Shown: positions 14,201 to 26,830, numbered from the whole stretch's first letter. The stretch: 63,963 bases of DNA, filler included, from Reticulomyxa filosa (GCA_000512085.1; 14 parts of 14 records of this genome joined end to end with filler, not necessarily neighbours in it), one strand, 5' to 3'. Notes: generated by a model not told the origin, from the sequence alone. Numbers and translations are program-made.

Positions 14201-16236
14201 CACAGCCACGGATTTTTCAACAAAGCGATGGGCACAGCCGTAGCACGAGTTTTGGCGATCGAAGCCTCTGTTTCCGAATCCCGCGAGATGGAGGGACGAC
14301 GAAGCGGAGGCAGTTTGACTGACTTCGTCCTTCAATTCACTGGATAAGTCATGGGACAAATACTTGGCCAAACGATTTCTGGCTGCAGTCAATTGTCGAT
14401 AATGTAACGACAACTCATTGTGAAGTTTTTCACCTTCGTTGTTGTAACGGTCTTGCAGTCGTTGTACCAACATCTTGTCGTCATCTTGGACAATCGACAG
14501 GGCAGATCGATGCAACGAACTCAAATGCATCGAACATTCTTTGGCCAAATTTCCCAAGTCATTCAATTTATGATGGATGTGAGTCGATTCATTTCCAATC
14601 ATTGAAATAATATTGTCGCGATCATTGTCATTTTCAATTTCGTCAATGTCAAAACACTCGGACGCTGTTACGTTCACGGTGAATTGATAAAATCGACAGT
14701 TGCCACACTCTGGACACAAAAAACCCTTTGGATTTTCATAGTTAATATTTCGACAGCGCCGACATTGAAACACGTGTTCACCGCAATTCTGACAATAGCC
14801 AGTGGCATTGCCTTGTTGTCCGCACCGAGGACAAATGCAAATGTCACTGCTGTCCGACTCATAAAACTCGGCAAACTCGATCATCATACACCAAGCTGGA
14901 ATTGGAATGCTCAAATGGATTCGCACTTCGCTGTCCGAACGTCGCACGTGCGCTTCTTTGCCGAGCATCCATTCGTGGAAGGCCAATGTTTTCGGGTTGT
15001 TGACGCTGCGATGATAGAAATACACTTTGATGGTTTTCATATGTCTTTTTGCAAATGCCACATTGTGCGCCTCTTCGACGTTATCTTTGATGCGGATCGA
15101 CACTTGTGAGACATTGAGTCGCGTTTTGAATTTGCACATTTTCGAAGAGTGCGTGTGCTTTATCTCATTACTCCATACTTTTAACTCTTTTGTATATTCT
15201 TGTGTGGTTGATGATCCACCGTGACATATCGTGCAAGCTACAGTTGTAAAGTAGAACCTGACAAACACACACAATCGCCATATTCAAACAAAGGAACATA
15301 TATTGACAACAGATTGAATTTACAAGGTCTTGTGGACAAAGTATTACAAAACTCCATTCGCATTTTTGGCACATATTGCATCAATCCACTATACAAGTGA
15401 TGGCAAGGATGATTCTTTACAACAGCGTATTGTTTGGACACATTTGTGGACAATTGTTGAATGGCTTGGATAATGTCCTCTTTTTTGATATATCGACCCA
15501 GACACAAGTGGCCACTAAACCACATGAGCTCTTTCAACATTGACATATAGCAATCTCCCTACGAACAAGATACACAGATACAACATTCAATACAGACACA
15601 AAATGATATAAATATAGACAAATATATACTCAACATGATGTCCCAACGTAGAAACTTGAGGCAACATGTTTTTGAATTTGATGAAAAATTCTTGGAGCAA
15701 CGCTTGGGCTTTTTTGGTTTCGTTTGCACTGATTTGCTCTGGACCCGACGACTCACTTGTGATCGGAATTGGCAATGGCTTTGTTTCTTGTGAGCTTTCA
15801 GAAATGCTATCTAAAATAGACGGTTTCGATTCTAATGTGTCTTTATGAGGAACACGGCGATATGAGTTTGAGTACGATTTATGCATTTGAGGGAAGTACG
15901 ACAATAAGGAATACCAAACATACAATAAGCACTCTTTCGCCTTGGATCGACGTTCATGACCATTGCTGCTTAGCAAAAATGTTTTGACAAAGTCCATAAA
16001 AAAATGTCCATGAATAAACGCCTGAATTGTCGCTAAATCCATTGCTATGTCCCTCCAATGGCTGTATCGCAATGGTCTTTGTATTTCTGCTGTCGTGATC
16101 ATTGGCATATTCCCTGAGGGCGTCGTGTTGGTCGATGACGCCGGTATGCGATTGGTTGTCGTTCCCAAGTGGGTATCAACGATCACACTTCGTCTGCCCC
16201 AGTTACTCGAAGTGGGCGCGTTTGTAATCGGCGCAG
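8202..16236 (-). CDS. UBR4: UBR4/BIG/pushover-family giant E3/E4 ubiquitin ligase, C-terminal portion (multi-exon, 5' truncated by contig end)
   Basis: Cys-rich CPRC...CQNCGEHVFQCRRCRNINYENPKGFLCPECG; QQEDFIGGAMRKNPYSSDQFPGPLM; PMPVVYRLRGLNGEATED; hemiRING CMVCHEGYHFKPTELLGVY...STVSCFNLIHFTCH...EWDGAQLRNGQMPCNNLLPI. All match hallmark UBR4 motifs. Confidence 0.92.
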
Positions 16237-16301
16237 CTAAATAATCAAAACATCACACATGATTCAATGTTTATGTATTGTTCAAAAAAAAAAAAAAAAA
16301 A

Positions 16302-16401
16302 NNNNNNNNNNNNNNNNNNNNNNNNNNNNNNNNNNNNNNNNNNNNTTAATTAATTAANNNNNNNNNNNNNNNNNNNNNNNNNNNNNNNNNNNNNNNNNNN
16401 N
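16302..16401. other. Artificial contig linker N44-TTAATTAATTAA-N44 (first of 13)
   Basis: Identical 100-bp linkers, with stops in all six frames, start at 16302, 19886, 26731, 28840, 30795, 34278, 35690, 44064, 45226, 46772, 48783, 61456 and 62864. Confidence 0.98.
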
Positions 16402-17249
16402 TGTTATGTTTTTGCGTGACGATTCTCGATCTCGCGAGATTTCTTGACTACCAAAATCTTTAATCTAAATCTCAAAATTTCTTTAAAAAATAAAAACACA
16501 TACTCTCATCGTCACTATACAATTTACATTGGATATTTTGAAAGAAAGTATTATATAAACCACAAAATCTTATCAATATGTATGACTGTCATGTCAATAC
16601 CGAAATGGATATGATAGCAGTCCTGCAGCAAAGACATTAAAAGCAATAAAAAATTCCATCAAGTCCATGAAAAAATTCCCAGTCAAGAGCTAAGAATATG
16701 AAATCAAACGCCAAAGAAACGACCTTTAAGCCCAAATTCGAAAAAAGAAAATTCTATTCAGTAGAAGCGCATTTTCGAGAACCAATCAGATTGGCTGCTC
16801 CCCTATGCAAGCAGCAGCCAAAGAAAAGGCCAAATAAGGAAAAAACACTAGCATTTTTATTATTTTTTTTATAGTGGCAATAGTTTTGTTTAAATTGTTA
16901 GATGAAAATTTATAGATGTTGAGTTTGCTCTCGTACTTTGACAAATATTTACATTTCTAGCATCGATTTCACCATCTGCTGTTGCCTCGAAGAATCTAAA
17001 AGTGATCCCAAATGGATCATTTGATTCCCTCTTAGCTCCACAGAAGAAAGGCAAGTGCCTTCGACAGCGTAATAATCATAAAAAGCTTGAAGTCCTCTTA
17101 CAATGAAATCAAATTGTTTTATTTTTCTTGCAAAACTTTATAAAAAACTATTTGATTTTGCTTAACAATATTACTTTTGTGACTGAGCTCAAGTTCTAAA
17201 GGGTTTGAAAAAATTTTTTAAATTTTTATCATTTCCTATTTTGAAAAAA

Positions 17250-17648
17250 ATGAAAAGCACTTTATCCTTAACATCACGCCATTATATTTTCGGTGGTAAA
17301 TTGTTCCATTATTCGCCATCCTTGTCTTCCCTTTCTTTGCGCCGTGTCTTCTCCACCAACGAAACCAACAAAAAGGAAGTCGAACAAACACAAGTAAAAG
17401 TAAATTATTACTATATACTAAAAATACCAGAGAATGCTACAATCGATGAAATAAAAACAGCGTATGCAAAAAGAGTAAATCGTTATGAAGACATGTTTAA
17501 AGTCTTATGTGACCCTAAACTAAGGCAAGGTTATGATTCAGAGAAGGATATACGCCCAGAAAGAGATTTTTTTTTACGTGGTGTATGTATTACGGTATTG
17601 ATATTGACTATATTTAACTTAAAAAAAAGGCAGCAAAAACCAAAGTAA
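17250..17648 (+). CDS. J-like (DnaJ-derived, HPD-less) small protein with putative mitochondrial presequence and C-terminal TM helix, paralog 1
   Basis: ATG at 17250. S/R/L-rich N-terminus, then YYYILKIPENATIDEIKTAY...FKVLCDPKLRQGYD, then hydrophobic GVCITVLILTIF. Confidence 0.7.
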   Translation: MKSTLSLTSRHYIFGGKLFHYSPSLSSLSLRRVFSTNETNKKEVEQTQVKVNYYYILKIPENATIDEIKTAYAKRVNRYEDMFKVLCDPKLRQGYDSEKDIRPERDFFLRGVCITVLILTIFNLKKRQQKPK

Positions 17649-17883
17649 TTCGTGTGTTGGCTTTCAATTATAATGACAACACAAAAAAAAGTTGATATTG
17701 GTTACTGAGTTTAATTAATAATTTTAAAATAATTTGCAATTTTACTTAGTCTTAATATTTTCCGATATGATCAACATAAACTTTTTCAAACAAAAAAGAA
17801 TTAAATCAATCACAATTGTTCGAAATCCTTGCGAGTGTTTAGTTCAAAAAAAAATTGGGATTTGTTTTTATTTTTTTGAGAGA

Positions 17884-18249
17884 ATGAAAAGTTGTTTGGC
17901 TTTGGCAACACGTTGTCATGTTTTCAGTGGTAAATTGTTCCATTCACCGTCATTATCCCCACGATCCGATTATTACCTGATCCTAGGAATAAAAAAGAAC
18001 GCCACAACCGATGAAATACGACAGGCGCACACTAGAGCAGTGCAGTTCAACGAATGTATGTATAAAACATTAAGTAATCCCGAACTAAGACAACGTTACG
18101 ATTCCGCATTAGCTGTACGACGAAAGCGTATCAAGATTTCTTTTTGGTTATTTGGTCTTCTGGCTGCTGTATTCGTGCCAATAATCACGATGCCACCTAT
18201 GATTTTAGAGGAAATAGAAAAGAAAGCAAAAAAAGGAATTTCTTCTTAG
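17884..18249 (+). CDS. J-like (HPD-less) small protein with presequence and TM helix, paralog 2
   Basis: ATG at 17884. DYYLILGIKKNATTDEIRQAH...YKTLSNPELRQRYD, then FWLFGLLAAVFVPII. Shares ggtaaattgttccatt with paralog 1. Confidence 0.7.
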   Translation: MKSCLALATRCHVFSGKLFHSPSLSPRSDYYLILGIKKNATTDEIRQAHTRAVQFNECMYKTLSNPELRQRYDSALAVRRKRIKISFWLFGLLAAVFVPIITMPPMILEEIEKKAKKGISS

Positions 18250-19428
18250 CCAGTCATGCCCCTTGTTGTGAAACTACTGTTTTTACTCAGTGTTCTATTG
18301 CATGCCCTTCAAAATTCAAGAATAGCTCTACTTTGATCATCAACGGTCAATTGAAGAAGTATAGTTCGCCCATAGTTTCTAATTCTACAAAATCTTGATT
18401 TAATTTTTTCAAAACTTGTTAATGACCGTGCCAATGCAGGCAATCAAATAAACAATAACATTGAGGAGAATATCCACATTAATAAAAGAAATATTTTAAA
18501 AATCTACAGTTAAAACAAACTGCCAACAAACTTAAAAAAACTGAAAAATAAAAAAATTCAAAAAAATCAATAAGCAAAATACTAATATTATAGAAAAAAA
18601 TGAAATGCATTTTGAAATACTTAAGGATTCGTAGATATTTTTAAAAAGTGATCTTGAAAAAAGTTGATTTTTGACATAGAAAATCGATCATCTTCATAAG
18701 ATGCCTTTTTGATTGCCAAGACTTTTATCCACCTGATTGTATCAGGTCCTTCTGATAATTCAGTAATATTTAGGATGCAAGTTCTTGAAAGGAAAGTCAA
18801 AGATTTATTGTTGTTCGGCGTTTTAATGTACAATTTTCTCAATTGTCAAGTGATCGTATCAACAAGTGGCTGAGAATTGTTTTATTGGATACTTTTATTT
18901 GATTATTTTTGAAAGCTTTATTATGGAAATTACAATGCCTTACCTTCATCCATAAAATAAAATTAATTTATTATTGTTATCATCATTGTTTATTACGAAA
19001 AGTAATGTGAAAAAAACAGTTTTTACAAAGAAAAAACAAAACAATATATGTAGATTCAATAGTTTTGATGGAGAGAATTGAAATATTAATAAATTGAAAG
19101 ATATTCAAGTATTTAATTTTTTCAAACTACTAAAACGAGGGAAACTTGCAATAGAGAGCAGTTCACCTTGTCTGAATGGCATTACAGGGCGGTGCACTTG
19201 GCACTTTACAATTTCTTTCAAGACATGAAATAGAAAAGAAACGTGAAATATATCGCCTTTCCTCGGGCCAGAAATCACAGACCCATAATTACAGATCTGT
19301 GGGACCTTGTTCAGTGAAAGTAAATAACTGCTGAGTGTGAGATGGTGACTTCAACAACAAAAAATTGAATAACTTGAACTGCAAACACGGGATAGGAATA
19401 CGCAATTATCCAGTTATGGGAAAAGACG

Positions 19429-19707
19429 TTGATGCAATGGGATCCAAACAATAAAGCGCTATCTCATCCCGTGAAAAAATTAGTGTGTAATTACAACATC
19501 CCCGAATGTATCCGCTTCAAAGTGTGGTATCAATTGAGTGATGTCCACACATTTATGAAAAAAATTGAATACGATAACAATAACGTCGCCAATAGCTACG
19601 GCGAGCTTTTAGCTAGTTCCAAGCTGCCAGCGTGTTTTCACCAAATTGAAAAAGACGTTTCCAGAACTCTTACGTCCTTACAAATGCAGTTGCTTCGTTG
19701 TGTTTGA
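19429..19707 (+). pseudogene. TBC (Rab-GAP) domain fragment, probably a pseudogene or partial gene
   Basis: IPECIRFKVWYQLS...YGELL...FHQIEKDVSRTL matches TBC motifs (IPxxxRxxVW, IxxDxxRT). It stops shortly after and has no intact upstream frame. Confidence 0.6.
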
Positions 19708-20011
19708 TGTGTCTATTAATTGCATCGGACAACAATCATCTTTTTGACACTGGCGTGAAAGATAACCATCGTGTTTTTGCTTTCAAAGTCGTTTGATTGC
19801 GAACACAGGGACACTGCAATGGTTGCGAAACTGCGACGGCTGTTGACAGGTTAACCGTATACGTAGTCTGCAATGAGGAGGAGGANNNNNNNNNNNNNNN
19901 NNNNNNNNNNNNNNNNNNNNNNNNNNNNNTTAATTAATTAANNNNNNNNNNNNNNNNNNNNNNNNNNNNNNNNNNNNNNNNNNNNAAAAAAAAAATTATT
20001 ATTCTTTGAAA

Positions 20012-21269
20012 CAGCTCCAAAGCCCAGCAGCTATGGAGGCAGCGAAAGTAATTGACGGGTTACGACGTGACAGTGCAATAACAGCGGAAGTGAGCAAAAA
20101 TATAAAAATATTGTGGAAGGACCCCGGCGTTTTGGCAGCCTTTGAAATGAGGGCCCGCTTTGCAACTCCGGACTCATGCAAACACTTTTTTGACGACATT
20201 GACCGCATTGGTAGAGAAAACTACGATCCCACCATTCAAGTTTTTTTAAAAATGTTTTTGTCAAAAAAAAAAATATATATATATGTATATATTGCTTTGT
20301 TCGTTGCAGTTTTTCTTTTGTTTGTTTTTTTTTTTTTTTAATGTTTTCAATAATGGGGGCTTGTTCATAGGATATATTGCTAGTTCGTAAAAGGACTACT
20401 GGCATCGTCGAAGAGCATTTCACCATCAATCTCACTCATTTTCACATATTCGACGTCGGTGGACAGAGGAACGAACGCAAGAAATGGATCCATTGTTTTG
20501 AAAATGTTTGTGCTTTTGTTGGTTTCATTTTGCTTTGTTTGAAAGATAAATAAATGAAAGGTTAATAATAAAAATAATACATATCAGTATGTTGCAACAT
20601 TTTCCACCCCAAATTATTATATCAGTAATTATGGGTCATTTGTGTATATATGTGTGTGTGTGTGTGTGTTGGTGATTGAGTGCTTGGACGGGGAAACAAA
20701 TATACATAATATAAATAATTATATGTATGCGATTATCATATATGTACATCCAGGTGACTGCTGTAGTGTTTGTGGCTTCTTTGAGCAGTTATGATGAACG
20801 ATTACTCGAGGACGAAAACGTAATAGTTATGCATGAAACGCTTAACTTGTTTGAGGAAATTTGCAACTCGCGATGGTTCACCAAAGCTGCAATGATCTTA
20901 TTTTTAAATAAGAAAGATTTATTTGAAGATAAAATCAAAAATGTGAAACTACAAGTGTGCTGGAAAGAGTACAACGGGAGCAATGACTACCTAGATGCTA
21001 TTGAATTCATTAAATCTGTTTTCAGGGCTAAAAATCATCAAGAAGACAAGCACGTATACATTCACGTATGTAAACTTGCCTCTGCATTATTTTTTTTTGT
21101 TTTGTTTTAATTGTCGGAAGTGAGCGCTCTTTTCTCGAATATTACTTTGCTTATGTCCCCTCCTCTCCAGGTTACAACGGCAACAGATCCTGATAACGTT
21201 AAAAGAGTCTTCAATGATGTACAACATACTGTCATCAATTCTCAACTTAAAACTGGAGGACTTTTATAA
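20012..21269 (+). CDS. Heterotrimeric G protein alpha subunit (5' truncated)
   Basis: Exons ~20012-20239, 20371-20505, 20754-21065 and 21171-21269 give [34 protein letters not shown] and C-terminal GGLL*. Confidence 0.95.
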
Positions 21270-21974
21270 AAAGAGCTGTAAAGTTCTTGCGAAAAATATG
21301 AATGTGTATTTTTTCAGTCAATGTCTTGTATGTTTGAGATTTGCCAGTTGTAGATTGTTGCTTTCCTGTCTTTAATTTTTTTAGACAGAATGAGTTTTCA
21401 TTTTTTCGAGTATAGCACTTTTTTATTGGAGGGTGGGTCAATAGCAACATTTGAGCTCAAAGAATACAACAATTTTGGCTACGGCATTGATTTGAGAAAA
21501 AACACCGTAATCTTCTACGGAAGACTGGAAGTGATATTACATAATTAATTTTAATTACGCTTTTGGTCGATGTGCTTTTTTGAACAAAGCAATTAAGATG
21601 ATATTAGTTACTTTTAACATGTACACCTTTTGGTCTATTTTTAATTTTTCAAAAAATTATTGAATAATAATATGTGAGCCGACTCAAATGGGTTAGTTTT
21701 TCTCTTAATTAAAAACGCTTCACAGTAAAACAACAGCGAAATATTGGTTGTGTAAACAAAAAAAAAGTGAAAATGAGTTTGATGTGGTAATACATACAAA
21801 AGAAAAGCCAACAGAAAGTTGGCATAGCAAATGTACATTGACTGTTGAACTTAAACAACTACATTGAGTGAATAATACCCAAGAGTCCATTTATACCCAA
21901 CAAAACAGTACATTTGCAGTGGCTCTTTTTTCCTCTTCCCTTGGTTTTCTCTCTCTCTCTCCAAAAAAAAAGTT

Positions 21975-23587
21975 TTACAAGGATGTATCATTAATGGCAC
22001 TTGTAAGTTCGTCGATATATTTGTGAACATCAGAGTGTTTGGAGAAGCGTTCTTTTTTGAGATGAATGAGAAGCATGTCGATATCGAACAACCGGAGTGC
22101 TTGAGCAATGCCCTCACTTCGAAAAACAAGTGTACCAGTGGTGACAATAGCTTTAATGGCCACACTTGCATCTTGTTCTTTGTCAAGACAATCAATCAAC
22201 AGATGAGAAACTTTCAAAGAGTCCAAAGATTCTTTTTCATTGGCGACATGCCAATAAAAGGCATAGCACGACAAAATTTGAACAAAAGCACTGCGAGTGT
22301 TCACGGCTTCACTTTTCATGCAAATTTTGGCGAGGGTTTCGACGGAAGGGAAATACGTTTTCATCGCTTGTCTGGTGACTTGTCGAGAGAATAAGTTGAT
22401 GAAAATGCGACACACCAGACATAAAATGGTGTCATTTTTCGAGTATTTCAAAGAGATTTGGACCAATTGGTCGACGTACGCTTTGTTTTTGGCATACGCA
22501 GCGCTGGCATTAGGATGCAGCACCAACACGCGAATCAAATCCAAGAGGACACATAAAGGTTTCTCCGGCCAGTTTTTGGCATAATTTGCAATCAGCTCAA
22601 AGTGTTTTTCACCGAGAGTGGACTGGTGATAGGTTGTCTTATTTTGCAACGTCTGCAAAATCTGGTCAATCAACTGCGCATTATCGGCGTTCTTGTCAAG
22701 TTCTTTATGGAACTCTAGCATTTTTTCCGCATCTTATCAAACGTGCTTTCGCATACACCGGGACGTTGTTGGCATTAATCGGAATGCTCTCAAACGGACT
22801 GGGCTTGTTCTGCTTCGTGTTCGGCTCCGACAGTGTCACATGCTTATCAATCAGCCGTTCCAACTGGCGCACATCCGCACCTGTCATTTCATCCACTTTA
22901 TTGCCACCTTTGAAAAACAGAAATTTCGGCATTGCGTCGATTCCGTACGATCGACTCAGGTTCGGGTTTTTATCCACGTCCACCTTCAAAAAGACGGCTT
23001 TGCTTTTGTGGAACTTGGCCAGTCGTACGTAGTCCCCTTTTATTTGTTCGCACGGGCGACACCACGTAGCGAACCAATCGATCACTATCAACTTGTCCGC
23101 GTTCTCCGATGACGATAGGATTCGCTTCAACTCATTGCTATTGTCACCCACCAATTCTTGGACGTCTCCAGATGAACTGTGGTCTTGATAGTTACTGCCA
23201 CTGCTGCTACTGCTATTCATCATGTTCATCATATTCATCGACCCACCTAAGCCTCCTCCTCCTCCTCCTCCTTGTTGCATTCTTGACATCTCGGTCACAA
23301 ACTCCATTACGTCGGGGTCTCGAGATTGCAACATTGCCATCGGGTTACTCATGTGCTGCTGCAGCTTTTGCATAAATCCTGGCCTCTGCATTAGTGCCAT
23401 CAATCGGGGGTTTGACATCACCATTTGCTGGATACGCGAAACGTCTTCCTTTTTTTTTTTTTTTTTTAAGGGGGGAGGGGAGGGGGGGGTTAAACGTGCT
23501 TTTTTTTTATCCTTCATCTTGTTCATTAAACTAGGTGAAACACATGCACACGAAACAACTTACCGGATTAAAATTCCCAACATTCAT
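21975..23587 (-). CDS. STI1/DP-like + thioredoxin (WCRPC) + PUL-like domain protein; apparent frameshift at ~22720-22740
   Basis: Exon 1 MNVGNFNP (23587-23564), intron 23449-23563. Then MSNPRLMALMQRPGFMQKLQQHMSNPMAM, DWFATWCRPC...FLKVDVD...MPKFLFFKGG, and helical WPEKPLCVLLDLIRVLVLHP...RIFINLF typical of PUL domains. Confidence 0.75.
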
Positions 23588-23985
23588 TTGAGCTAGAGGT
23601 TATTTTAGTAGATTGAAAAAGATATATGAACTAAAAAAATGCAATCAAGGAAAATCACCAGTAGTAAGCTCAAAAGCAAACCAAGTACTAAACATCAACA
23701 CTTTGGATCACCTCAATCTCCAGCAGTGTTTCTAGTCTTATGCTTTTAATTTTTGGAATGGAAAAGAGCACTAAGTAGTTTATATAAACACAGAACTGGC
23801 CTACAAAATTTAGATGGCAGTTTTTTTGCTTTTAAAATTTATTTTATGTTTTTCAACTATTGAACAGTGGACACTGGCATTGAAGTTGGAAAATAATTGA
23901 GAAACCGAAACATATACCCCAGTTTTGGAACATGTAAAAGCTTCTACAAACATTTGCATTTTTTTCATACAACTTGTTTTTTTAT

Positions 23986-24647
23986 TTAATAGTCCAAATA
24001 TTTTAAAGAATAACGCAAAGTGGCTCGTCGTTTGGTTTGACGAAAATATTTATGTGCAAATAAAGGAACAGGTTTCCAGTGAACAAAACTACAATAACCA
24101 CCTCTATTGCATGTGTACTCATCAAATTGACGACAGCTCACGTCTTCAAAGTTTGTCACGGGAGAGTATTCTGCTTTGACAATTTGTCCTGCATAGTAAC
24201 GTCCATGCAGATTGAATAATGCTTTTTCAGCTTGTCTCTCGGTTGCAAATTTTACAAATACATTTCCAAACTTTTTCAGAAAAAACAAGCAAATAGGGGA
24301 TGGGCAGTGAAAATACACACCTTCTGATTTTTTTGTTTTGTTGAATACATTACCATATGAAATGCTGCATTGTCACATACAACAAATTTTTCCACCTCTC
24401 CAAATTTACTCAGTTCATTTAAAACATCTTCATAAAAATGTTCATAGTGTTCGGAAGCATCTGATGCTTCTCCCCCACAGGGTGGCACATAGAAATGACG
24501 GAGCAGTAAGGTCTTGCTTATTTCTGGTTTTAGGTGCAGACGTCTACAATTGTTTCCATTACGACAAACCCCAACTTTCAGATAAAAAGTACAAGTAATC
24601 TTTTCGTTTTCAGTGCAACTTTTTGTTGCAGAAACAGTAAGGAACAT
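23986..24647 (-). CDS. U2AF1: U2AF small subunit (U2AF35)-like: CCCH-UHM-CCCH, no RS tail
   Basis: CTFYLKVGVCRNGNNCRRLH; FYEDVLNELSKFGEVE..VCDN; intron 24271-24353; GNVFVKF...GRYYAG...EYSPVTNF; CRQFDEYTCNRGGYCSFVH. Confidence 0.9.
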
Positions 24648-26830
24648 TTATGTGAATTATTAACAACAAACAATAAAACATTATGTTTGGTTCAAGTGAT
24701 GGAAAAAAAAAAAAAGAAATCATCAACTTGACATTGTACATTATGTTTGATGATTAAGGATACTATGATTAAAATAGCTTAAAGCCAGAACTGAACGTCA
24801 CAAGTATAAAAAAGGAATATTGAAATTACACAGTGAACCTTCAGTAATAATCGGAGAAATCGTTTAATATTTTTTCATGTAATTTTCGACGTTCTCAAAA
24901 CTACATTTTGTTCTCATTTTATTTAAAAAAATGTTGAACTTTATATAAGGAAAAGAAGAGCTGTACTTAATATTTTTTTGCAATCTTAAGAAAAAGATTC
25001 AAACCAATCAGTTTCGAATGAAGTTACTATTTCGGTAAAACAGATAGAATGAAAAAAATAATCTACCCTTTTCACAGTAAAAGAATATGTCTGTTTCGTT
25101 CTTGTATGAAAAATACATATTTTGAAGTCCGCTAAGAGATATGACGCATCGCTATCATTTTTGCAAAGTCGTCCATACGTAGAATCAACTTTTACTCGAT
25201 ACAGTTGAGATTTCAAAAGATAAACTAAAAACACACTTTTGTAGAACTAGGAAAGCTAAAAAAAAGCAAAGGAAAAGCAAAAGAAAAGGTAAAATTTGGG
25301 GCGACTGAGGCGCAGCCTTATTTTACTTTTTTTTTTCGCTTTTTCATTTATTTGCTTTTTTTTTAATGCGTTGTTAAATCATGTAAATTTTACTTTTATT
25401 TAGTTTTTTGTTTAATTTGAATCTTATTTAAAGGTTTGCTTATTTAATAAAATTATGTTATTTTTTTAATCATTTCATTTTTTTTCTTTGTAAATTATCA
25501 GCACATTGTTTCCGGAGTTCTTTTTTTGATCCGAATGGTCCATTTGTGAATACTTTCGTTTTCACTATCCACCACAGATTTTCTATTTGGTTCAGGTCTG
25601 GAGAATTTGTAGTGAAATTCAATACTTTGATAGCATTTGTTCAAACTATTTTTTGCTGTAATTTCTGTGTGGCTGGTGGCATTACCTTGCTGAAATATAC
25701 AATTTTCATTATCTTATAAGCCCAAATTAATGCTTTTTGAGCATTTCATCACATAAAATTTCTTTGTAAATATATGCATTTACACATCAATTAATGTTAC
25801 ATGCATAAACAGGTCCTAATACTACAAAGCAAGACCACCGATTATGCATCCACTACCAATTTGATATTTTTATAATGAACGTCAGCTTCAGTTTACGCAC
25901 ACATTTATGACTTACACAAAACTGTTTTGAAACTTTGCGCAAACTCCAGCACTGACGCAACAGGTCAACAGCATGTCTTTTGTCAAAATTCTCAATCATT
26001 TAGTAATTTTCAAAAAAATAATTAAAAAACTCAAATATTGAACTACATTGAGCTAAAAAAAAAAAAGAAAATAAAGGATAAAATATTGAAATAATTAGAA
26101 AAGATGTAATAAAAAAACTAAATTCAAAATGATATTTAAAAAATACACGATTTGTAGATTTTTTTTTTTAAAAATTAGGTCTAGATGTTGTTTTTTCATG
26201 GGAAAATCAATAATCTATATAAAGTGACGTTTTAGGTGTCAACTTTACTTTGCATTCTACTGTGTATATGGACATGAAGATTAGTTGGAATGATGCGTAA
26301 TGTAAGTTGAAGGCTCCAAAATGAGCTTTAAATTGAGTACAAACAGTGCATTGCGTGCGAAATAATGTGATAATGAAAATTTCGTTTAAGTTGTTTTTTT
26401 ATGTTTTCTTCTTGTTGTTTTTCTCATTTTACTTTATGATTAAAACAGTCAAAAGAAGAAGAGATCCAAATCATTAATCATCATTGGATTCGAACATTAA
26501 ACATTAAACTAGGATGGATCGAAGATTTCGACAAATTTGATGTCAATTATGTTAGTCCATTTGTTCTTTCTTTTTTTAAATACTAATCGGTAACACATTT
26601 CTCTCAAAAAAAAAAAAAAATTTATTACTATCATTGCAATCATTGGCTCCAAATAAAATGAGCATTATGACCAACCACTAAAATTAAAATCCAAAAATAA
26701 CGAACAAATAAAAGAAAAAAAAAAAAGTTANNNNNNNNNNNNNNNNNNNNNNNNNNNNNNNNNNNNNNNNNNNNTTAATTAATTAANNNNNNNNNNNNNN
26801 NNNNNNNNNNNNNNNNNNNNNNNNNNNNNN

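Noticed and set aside
16429-16440. Palindrome ATCTCGCGAGAT resembling a vertebrate promoter motif
   Set aside because: It is a single short occurrence at a contig edge with no supporting context.
18621-18842. Short minus-strand ORF and nearby coding-like remnants
   Set aside because: No motif can be supported; possibly decayed gene fragments.
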